Source: a virus (lineage: Duplodnaviria > Caudoviricetes). Taken from it: a DNA stretch of 24,291 nucleotides. This document shows positions 18,356 to 24,291 of the stretch, piece by piece (position 1 is the first letter of the stretch; every line of letters starts with the position of its first letter). A program made the translations under genes and the position numbers. The notes below the pieces were generated by a model that was not told the DNA's origin, made no database searches, and saw only the letters and a list, made by a program, of their open reading frames with translations. The stretch covers positions 1-24,291 of IMG/VR virus record IMGVR_UViG_3300034411_000126. The stretch is one strand, 5' to 3'.

Positions 18356-19516
18356 ATGTCTAAAAAAGTGGTTACAAAGACAGCAGTTTTTGAGCGTAGT
18401 GACAGACCCGGCAGATGGACATATGACCGTGGGCCGATTGGTGGCGGCAAGAAAGAATTTTTTAAATCTAAAGATGAGGCCACAATCGCAATGGTTGAGG
18501 CGGTCAACAATTTCAACAATGGATTGATTGTTGCCCCAATCAAAATCACAACAGCACAAGCTGGCTTCGATGTGTTCATCGTAGGGCAAGAACATCGCAA
18601 GGATGATGGTGATATCAGCGAAACTTATTTTGACGATTTGAAGAGGTCTATTGAGTTTTGCCTGACTATCAAACTTGATGGCAAGACAATCGCGAAACAC
18701 GATATCAACGCTTTAATGCAACAGCAAAATCGTGATGAGGTTGGCCGGGCTTTAATGAATGGCATCAAGGCTGAGGGCAAATCAAAAGCAACCGCTGAGA
18801 AGCGCGTTAAGTTTCTAAAGATGTTTTTGAATTTTGCAGTTACCAAAGGTTGGGGCATGGTTAACCCACTGGACAAGCTGTCGCTTGGTATGTCATCTGA
18901 GGTGTCTGACCGCGCCCCGCGCATCCAGCCAGAGATTGTGCAGTCTGTGGTTGCGGCGCTGGATGGTGAAAGCTTGCTGCACAAGGCAATGGTTCTCACT
19001 GCTATATCCACTGGCATGCGTCAGGGTGAGCTGCGCGCGCTGCCGTGGAGCAATGTCAACTTTGAGGATTGCAGAATAAAGATTGATCGTGCGGTGAAGC
19101 ATGGCAATGTTGCAAAGATTGGTGACACAAAAACAAAGCGCGGCAGACGCGGTGTGCCAGTGCCGGAAGCTGTCATATCTGTGCTGCGTGAGCTGAGAGT
19201 TGCGTCTAAATTTTCTACTGATAGCGATTGGGTGTTTGCCAACAACGCCGGGTCTGTGCAGCTCAAGAAGGTATTCCCGCAGATCTTAAAGCGTGTGTGT
19301 GATCGTGCCGGTGTGCCGGTGATGTTGTGGGGTGACTTCAGACATTTTTTTGCCAGCGTCCAGATCAGCTCACTGGGTGAGGACTGGGGCGAGGTGGCTG
19401 CATTGATGGGCCACGCCAACAGCGCGTTTACTTACCGCCAGTATGGTCACTATGTGAGGAATGTGGAAAAACAAAAGCAAGTGACCAGCGCGACAGCCGC
19501 TGCCATGGGCATATAA
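18356..19516 (+). CDS. int: Tyrosine recombinase / phage integrase
   Basis: TGMRQGELRAL (catalytic Arg), TKTK (Lys), GDFRH, LMGH and YGH (Tyr). GGGAG RBS. Adjacent to attP. Confidence 0.92.
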   Translation: MSKKVVTKTAVFERSDRPGRWTYDRGPIGGGKKEFFKSKDEATIAMVEAVNNFNNGLIVAPIKITTAQAGFDVFIVGQEHRKDDGDISETYFDDLKRSIEFCLTIKLDGKTIAKHDINALMQQQNRDEVGRALMNGIKAEGKSKATAEKRVKFLKMFLNFAVTKGWGMVNPLDKLSLGMSSEVSDRAPRIQPEIVQSVVAALDGESLLHKAMVLTAISTGMRQGELRALPWSNVNFEDCRIKIDRAVKHGNVAKIGDTKTKRGRRGVPVPEAVISVLRELRVASKFSTDSDWVFANNAGSVQLKKVFPQILKRVCDRAGVPVMLWGDFRHFFASVQISSLGEDWGEVAALMGHANSAFTYRQYGHYVRNVEKQKQVTSATAAAMGI

Positions 19517-19538
19517 AAAAGGGGGCGCTTGCCCCCTT
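19515..19538 (-). terminator. Terminator between the convergent integrase and early operon
   Basis: AAGGGGGC-GCTT-GCCCCCTT stem, with an A-run on the left that gives a U-tract on the - strand. Confidence 0.7.
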
Positions 19539-19540
19539 AA

Positions 19541-19660
19541 TTACAATCCAAGCAGCTTGCGCCACCATGGCCGGGCTGCTTTTCTTTTTGCAGCCCAAGC
19601 GGCTTTGATCTTTTTTGATTGTTCAGCGCGCTGTTTCTTTGTCCATGTTCTGCCCATCAT
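19541..19660 (-). CDS. 39-aa basic microprotein with amphipathic C-terminus
   Basis: Translated by hand: MMGRTWTKKQRAEQSKKIKAAWAAKRKAARPWWRKLLGL. AGGAG RBS. Fills the gap up to the terminator. Confidence 0.65.
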   Translation of the reverse strand: MMGRTWTKKQRAEQSKKIKAAWAAKRKAARPWWRKLLGL

Positions 19661-19666
19661 TAGCTC

Positions 19667-20536
19667 CTAGAATGATGCCATTTTGTCATCTAAACCAACA
19701 ATGATATCGGCTTTTGTTGAAGACTTATCGGCTTTGTAATTTTTATAAGCGCGGCTCAGCATGATGCCATACTGATGCGCCCGGAGTTGATAGGCTCTGT
19801 CCATCCGCATGCGGTTCACATTTTCAAGCATGAAAGGAATCGGTGATCGTGCCTTTGTTCCAATCCCTTTACACATGTCATCAAAGAATGTTGTGATTTG
19901 CTTGCGTTGACCTTTCTGGACAGCAACATAAAAGAACGCGCCGATAACCCCGGTTTGCCATTTTGTAGTTTTGTAAACACGGTAAGCCACAGCTATTGCT
20001 TCTTGCAAAAGACCGTGATCAATTTCCTCGACATACTTTCTTTTCAGCCAATCATTAGACACGCCTGACTTTGGCGAGTTGGATAACCCATTCTCATAGG
20101 CAATGATCATCTTTATTATGGTTGATGCTCTCTTGTAATTATCAACACCCATCATAGCCAAAGTGTCAGACCCATCACGCTTCTTGCCAACATCGATATG
20201 CTGAAATGTTTCTGGGTCAACGCCAAAAACAGCGTGGGTTTGGAATGATGTGTTTGCGCGCACACAAGCTTCAAGCCTATGCTGTCCATCTTTCAACAGA
20301 CCATCATTGCCAAACTTGATTGTCTCGCCAGTCAGGCTCCAATTTTGTTTGGCCATATCGTTGCTATATGCCACAACTTTCGATGCACTGATTGGCCGGT
20401 TGTTTTGGTTTGTTGCGTCCAAAGCAAACTGAGCAACCTTTGGCGTGATTTGCACAACCACACTGCCTGTTGGTGGTTTCACCAAGTGCTTTTGCAAAGT
20501 GGTTTCATTAAGCATTTTCGGTTTCATTGCTAACAT
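19667..20536 (-). CDS. ParB-like (DGQHR-motif) protein
   Basis: ITP..A...L..N..NR...KV..Y..DM....W...G..I.F...G.L.DGQHRL.A, then IDVGKKR. GGGAG RBS. Confidence 0.75.
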   Translation of the reverse strand: MLAMKPKMLNETTLQKHLVKPPTGSVVVQITPKVAQFALDATNQNNRPISASKVVAYSNDMAKQNWSLTGETIKFGNDGLLKDGQHRLEACVRANTSFQTHAVFGVDPETFQHIDVGKKRDGSDTLAMMGVDNYKRASTIIKMIIAYENGLSNSPKSGVSNDWLKRKYVEEIDHGLLQEAIAVAYRVYKTTKWQTGVIGAFFYVAVQKGQRKQITTFFDDMCKGIGTKARSPIPFMLENVNRMRMDRAYQLRAHQYGIMLSRAYKNYKADKSSTKADIIVGLDDKMASF

Positions 20537-20738
20537 TTTCTGCGCTCCCTTTCATGTTGCGAATGCGATCAATTTCTTCGGCGGGTATCCACCATTTGCG
20601 GCCATCCCTGACGCTGGCCAATGTGCCTTTCTTTAACAGGCGATAGGTTGCATCCCTTGTGCCGGGTGTCCATCTGCCAAACAGCGCAGTGGCTGCATCG
20701 CGAACAGCAAGCAGCGCTGGGCCGGGGTGCCTATCCAT
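20508..20738 (-). CDS. xis: Excisionase-like HTH protein
   Basis: From MDRH: LLAVRDAA..LFG...TYRLLKKGTLASVRDGRKWWIP, a MerR/HTH_17-like Xis pattern. Start moved from 20876 to 20738. Confidence 0.65.
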   Translation of the reverse strand: MDRHPGPALLAVRDAATALFGRWTPGTRDATYRLLKKGTLASVRDGRKWWIPAEEIDRIRNMKGSAENVSNETENA

Positions 20739-21084
20739 TGCCAAAGCCCCCACCGAACCCACCGCCTGATGGTGCAGCCGGTGCAGCATCATTGTCTTGC
20801 GGCTCTTCATACGGCTTGTTGGCAAAAATATTGACAGACCCAAGATCCTTGTCGTTGTTGTAATCATCATCGACACGCTGCTTAAATTTCACATTGAAGG
20901 TCAAATCATGTTTGATCACCAGATCGCGGATCTGATCACAAGCTTGCAGCTTATCTGAATCAAACTTGTCTGCCTTTTTTGGGTTGACCCAGCAAGCCAG
21001 CTTTAACTTTGCGGGTTCCCCGGCCTGACCCCGGATACACTCCATCTGAGTGTTATTGTTTGTGAAGGTTGGTTTGTTACTCAT
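20731..21084 (-). CDS. Putative single-stranded DNA-binding protein
   Basis: Beta-rich core with an acidic/Pro/Gly tail, directly after ERF. The GGAG RBS supports the start at 21084. Confidence 0.45.
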   Translation of the reverse strand: MSNKPTFTNNNTQMECIRGQAGEPAKLKLACWVNPKKADKFDSDKLQACDQIRDLVIKHDLTFNVKFKQRVDDDYNNDKDLGSVNIFANKPYEEPQDNDAAPAAPSGGGFGGGFGNG

Positions 21085-21691
21085 CAAAACTCTCCATTTT
21101 TGCTTGGTATTCACTGCCTACAAGATTGTAGATTTCAGTCGCTTCGGTTTTAGCGCTCACTATTATTTGCGCGTTTTCCTGATCCCATTTTTTAAGCTGC
21201 GCTTTGTCAGAGGATTTAATTATTGCCAAAGCTTCGTTAGCCCAGCTTTCAAAATCAAACGGCGGTGGCGGGTCATCAACCAAACCATTGATCTCACCGT
21301 CATCATCGTCATCTTCGTCCAGCTCAGCGATCCCGGCAGCAAGGCCAAGGATGCTTTGCAGCAAATACCTACGGCCATAGCTCATGGCGCTACCAAGCTT
21401 TTGTGAGTTAGCCATATCGTCAACGATGAGCGGCCATGCCAGATCATCTGACTGCCAGCTCACTCCGCTGGAATGCACAATGACCGGCGATATGCAGAAC
21501 TGGCCATCGATGCGCTTGCTTGGGAACGAAATGCCAATCCCATGTTCTTTTGCTGCTTTTTTCACAAGCGTCATCATTGATCCGACAGATGCGTACTGTG
21601 AGCGGTTGCCCTTCTTGTCCAGCGTCATGGCGCTGTTATTGGCTTGGAATGCAACCAGTGCCGTTGCTATGGCTTCTGGCATTTGCGTCAT
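21077..21691 (-). CDS. erf: ERF-family single-strand annealing protein
   Basis: QKLGSAMSYGRRYLLQSILGL...DDDG signature. Confidence 0.88.
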   Translation of the reverse strand: MTQMPEAIATALVAFQANNSAMTLDKKGNRSQYASVGSMMTLVKKAAKEHGIGISFPSKRIDGQFCISPVIVHSSGVSWQSDDLAWPLIVDDMANSQKLGSAMSYGRRYLLQSILGLAAGIAELDEDDDDDGEINGLVDDPPPPFDFESWANEALAIIKSSDKAQLKKWDQENAQIIVSAKTEATEIYNLVGSEYQAKMESFDE

Positions 21692-22020
21692 CGGCTCATC
21701 TCCATCATGCCAAGCATGGTCAAGAGATAGATTGCAGCCGTTCTGCCTGACTTGGTTTGCCGCGTGGCCTCAGTCTTAAAGATCAGATTGAGCTGTTCCA
21801 GCTTAACGCGCGCCGGGCGATAGCTGTTGCCGGTCATGCCGGTGTCGGCGCAACCCTCTTCATCGGTCAGGCCACGCTTGTCATGGCGCTGCAACGCCTC
21901 AAGCACCTTGACCATGTTCTTGCCGAACTTAGGCTTGATCTTGGCGGCTGACGCGCTGCTAGTGGGGCTATGCGCCTGATGCGGCGGCTCAATGTCAAAC
22001 AGATCTTGTATCATCATCAT
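21688..22020 (-). CDS. Winged-helix DNA-binding protein
   Basis: PTS..SA...VLEAL....GLTDEE.......NSYRPARVKL....LI......R.T.SGR.A.IY. The start is probably in the ATG run at 22014-22020. Confidence 0.65.
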   Translation of the reverse strand: MMMIQDLFDIEPPHQAHSPTSSASAAKIKPKFGKNMVKVLEALQRHDKRGLTDEEGCADTGMTGNSYRPARVKLEQLNLIFKTEATRQTKSGRTAAIYLLTMLGMMEMSR

Positions 22021-22165
22021 CACTTTCTTTGAGGGTTGAATTGATAGCGTTAAGCAACACGCCACGCGCGATAGCATCGTTTTGCATTTGCTCAAGGATG
22101 TGCCGGATGCGGCGTAGTTCGATTTCTGATTCGGTAAGTCTTTTACGGCTAAAAATTTTAAGCAT
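21995..22165 (-). CDS. Small hypothetical coiled-coil protein
   Basis: 56 aa from MLKIFSRK, GGAG RBS and TAATG coupling to the nuclease. Confidence 0.55.
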   Translation of the reverse strand: MLKIFSRKRLTESEIELRRIRHILEQMQNDAIARGVLLNAINSTLKESDDDDTRSV

Positions 22166-23172
22166 TACGATCTCCAAATCTTTTGAGCGCGGTCTAGGAT
22201 TTCCGGGGGCAGATCACGCCACACAAACATGTGATCCCATTGCGGGTCACAGAGCTTCAACAACTCTTCAGTGGTATTGGCGGTGGCAAGTAGGCGTTCA
22301 CGCCGCACACACGCTTCCCTGATGGCGGCAACCCCGGCATGAAGCTGATCTAGCGTTGGTTTAAAGACGCGATAGCCAAGCCTGTTGGCGTAGACGATTT
22401 GCGGCCAGATATCGGTGATGTGCCAATAGCCAGCAATCTGCATCAAATTGTTGAATGGTATTTCTTTTGGAAGGCTCCCGGCTGATGGCTTGTCTGTGCC
22501 AGCGCCCCGATCCCATTTGGTTTTCAGCTCAACGCCGCCTTCTTGGAAATCGCCGTAACCTTTATAGGGTAGCTGCACATCGTCAAACTTGCCGGTCAGC
22601 TCTTTCTGCCCGGTGATGCGGTTCGCACCAGCAAATGCCTCGCGCAAGCCATCTAATGCATTGCTGCAAACCAGCTCAAACTCATGGTGGGTTGGTATGA
22701 TATCCTTTTTGGGAACAGAACCATCAGCGGCATAGCGCACTGTGGTCTTGTGTTCCAGCTCACGCTTGTCTTTGTCAGCGTCACGCCACTCAGCGCTATG
22801 GAAGCCTTGAAGCTCATTGATGGCGTTTTTAAAGGCATCAGTCGGGCTTAGATCATTAACAGCCACATCAGTGCAATAGTTCTCAACAGCCCTGCCAGAG
22901 ATCAATGGCGGCTTATCGCCTGACTGTGTTCTGCCCCGGCTGTCAACGTAAACGCCATGCATATCTAAGATGCGTTGTGCTTCAGCCTTGTCGCCCTTGG
23001 CCTCACCAGCGATGACTGCCTTGGCATTTGCCAGCTCTGGTCTGACAATAGCTTTGTCAAAGAACGTAAAGCCGTCAGGCTTGTTTGGCTGACTGTGGTG
23101 GTAATACGAATGCCGGGCTGCTTGCTCGACAAAGTCTTGTTTCTGTGGCTTAGAAAAGTTTTTAAATGACAA
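22165..23172 (-). CDS. PD-(D/E)XK exonuclease (RecB/RecE-like recombination partner)
   Basis: YKGYGDF...VELKTKW and QIAGY motifs, TTG start with GGGAG RBS, in an operon with ERF. Confidence 0.8.
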   Translation of the reverse strand: MSFKNFSKPQKQDFVEQAARHSYYHHSQPNKPDGFTFFDKAIVRPELANAKAVIAGEAKGDKAEAQRILDMHGVYVDSRGRTQSGDKPPLISGRAVENYCTDVAVNDLSPTDAFKNAINELQGFHSAEWRDADKDKRELEHKTTVRYAADGSVPKKDIIPTHHEFELVCSNALDGLREAFAGANRITGQKELTGKFDDVQLPYKGYGDFQEGGVELKTKWDRGAGTDKPSAGSLPKEIPFNNLMQIAGYWHITDIWPQIVYANRLGYRVFKPTLDQLHAGVAAIREACVRRERLLATANTTEELLKLCDPQWDHMFVWRDLPPEILDRAQKIWRS

Positions 23173-23202
23173 AGAACCGCTCCCAAAGTTGAGAACGGTT
23201 CT
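23173..23202 (-). promoter_or_regulatory. RBS-sequestering hairpin upstream of the exonuclease
   Basis: mRNA AGAACCG-UUCUC-AACUUU-GGGAG-CGGUUCU forms a 12-bp stem (2 G-U pairs) ending right at the UUG start. Confidence 0.6.
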
Positions 23203-23227
23203 ATCAGGTCATGACACTGAGTGTCAA
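23198..23227 (-). promoter_or_regulatory. Leftward early promoter (TTGACA-18-TAGAAC) overlapped by operator O2 (TGACACTGAGTGTCA, 23212-23226)
   Basis: Perfect -35 and an inverted repeat in the intergenic gap. Confidence 0.6.
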
Positions 23228-23246
23228 GCGTTATGCTTAGAGCGTA

Positions 23247-24053
23247 TTAATCTACGATTTTTAAGCCTTCTGTTTTGCTGCTAGTGATAGGTTCATTCAT
23301 GGTTACCTGATAAATTTTTTCGTATTGTTGTTTGCGTTTTTTTGACTGTGGTTGGACTAACTTTTCATAATGCTTTGCGATAAACGGCGATTCGTAATCA
23401 ACCATGACAACGGTTTCTAGGCGGCGCTGTATAAGGAGCCAAGCAATCGGCGCTGCCCATTGGATATCCAGATCGGTTAGTATTCTGTTTTCTTCTGGCA
23501 CCCCCACAACATCTGTCAGCGTGTAAAACTCGTTGTGGTGTTGCGGCCACAACACGCCAGACAGCATAACCCCGGCCTTCGTCATCACATAACATTCGTT
23601 CATTAACGCATTTTGATCAATTTTATTGCCAGCTACAGATTCTATTTTAATCATCGTCAACGCATTGTGATATTTACGATAAGGACTACGCACATTCATC
23701 TCTAAGTTCCAGTATATGCATGCCCAATCTTCATTATAATTTCCATGGACATGAACACCTTTTTTGAAATAGGTCTTGTCGTTTTGGAAACGATTAATGA
23801 GCTTACAGTTTTGAGTAGCCGGGTCAGTATGCCAGACACCTAAGATTGGGATGGGTGGGCTGTTATAGGCAATCTCATGCGGCTGGCATTTAAGAATGCG
23901 CGCATAATCGTCTACATCTTGCAGTGTCATGCTAATTTTGGAATGGATGTGGCGCGAGACTGTCTCTGGCGTAACGCCCTTGAGTTCAGCGACATCCTTT
24001 TTTGACATCCCAGTGAGGCCGATCATTTCATCTAAGTTATTAGCCATGTGCAT
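23247..24053 (-). CDS. CI-like repressor (XRE HTH plus divergent C-terminal domain)
   Basis: GMSKKDVAELKGVTPETVSRHI...YARILKC HTH. A GGGAG RBS 7 nt upstream of the ATG at 24053 supports that start. Divergent from the cro-like gene. Confidence 0.75.
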   Translation of the reverse strand: MHMANNLDEMIGLTGMSKKDVAELKGVTPETVSRHIHSKISMTLQDVDDYARILKCQPHEIAYNSPPIPILGVWHTDPATQNCKLINRFQNDKTYFKKGVHVHGNYNEDWACIYWNLEMNVRSPYRKYHNALTMIKIESVAGNKIDQNALMNECYVMTKAGVMLSGVLWPQHHNEFYTLTDVVGVPEENRILTDLDIQWAAPIAWLLIQRRLETVVMVDYESPFIAKHYEKLVQPQSKKRKQQYEKIYQVTMNEPITSSKTEGLKIVD

Positions 24054-24066
24054 AACGTAACTCCCT

Positions 24067-24132
24067 TTGTCACATTGTGTCAAACCTGATTGTCTATACC
24101 TAATTATCTTGTCATCACATGTCAAGCCTGAT
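24067..24132. promoter_or_regulatory. Switch-region operators O3 and O4
   Basis: 24-bp direct repeats TTGTCA-N5-TGTCAARCCTGAT at 24067 and 24109, 42 bp apart. Confidence 0.65.
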
Positions 24133-24165
24133 ACTTATGCTATTAAATATATAGCGAGGACAGGT

Positions 24166-24291
24166 ATGACACTTGATCAATATAGGCAAAGCAAAGGGCT
24201 TAGTTATTCAGCGTTAGCGCGGGTTACCGGCGCTTCACATGCGGCGGTTGCCCGGCGCTGGTGTCTACCAAGCAGTCACAAGGACGCAAAG
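24166..24291 (+). CDS. cro: Cro-like HTH protein (3'-truncated)
   Basis: MTLDQYRQSKGLSYSALARVTGASHAAVARRWCLP..., GAGGA RBS, divergent from the repressor. Confidence 0.75.
   Translation, partial: MTLDQYRQSKGLSYSALARVTGASHAAVARRWCLPSSHKDAK

Noticed and set aside
19667-20536. Dnd phosphorothioation system
   Set aside because: Only the DGQHR motif is shared, and no dndACDE-like genes are present.
22165-23172. Cas4 or a restriction nuclease
   Set aside because: There is no four-Cys Fe-S cluster pattern, and the ERF/SSB-like context indicates a recombination exonuclease.
24054-24125. ORF-track N-terminal extensions (repressor to 24125, xis to 20876, SSB-like to 21114, wHTH to 22095) and the internal start at 85
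   Set aside because: The extensions overlap operators or neighbouring genes, and better RBS-linked or coupled starts lie downstream. The first gene is open from base 1.

Overview
This window is about 24 kb of a temperate podovirus-type phage genome. The structural genes look epsilon15/BPP-1-like and the overall style suggests a marine phage, probably with a proteobacterial host (inference). On the + strand it holds a 5'-truncated tail tubular protein B, four putative internal/ejected virion proteins, and a mosaic tail fibre. These are followed by a 77-aa mini-fibre, a gp38-like glycine-rich adhesin, a 2OG-Fe(II) oxygenase and a Cys-rich microprotein. Next come a lysis region (holin-like proteins, M15 peptidase), small basic proteins, an intact attP (3' half of tRNA-Glu flanked by arm repeats) and a tyrosine integrase. 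The - strand carries the early operon: CI-like repressor, PD-(D/E)XK nuclease, wHTH protein, ERF recombinase, SSB-like protein, Xis-like HTH, ParB/DGQHR protein and a basic micro-ORF. A divergent cro-like gene starts at the right edge. The most notable observations are a DNA-glycosylase-like (HhH/EndoIII-type) domain inside a putative ejected virion protein, a duplicated fibre-tip module that may dock one adhesin twice, and a type-1-copper-like site in the fibre. Also notable are an RBS-sequestering hairpin overlapping an operator/promoter, a 4-site operator motif, and the apparent absence of CCWGG and GGWCC. All family assignments are motif recognition by eye, with no database searches.
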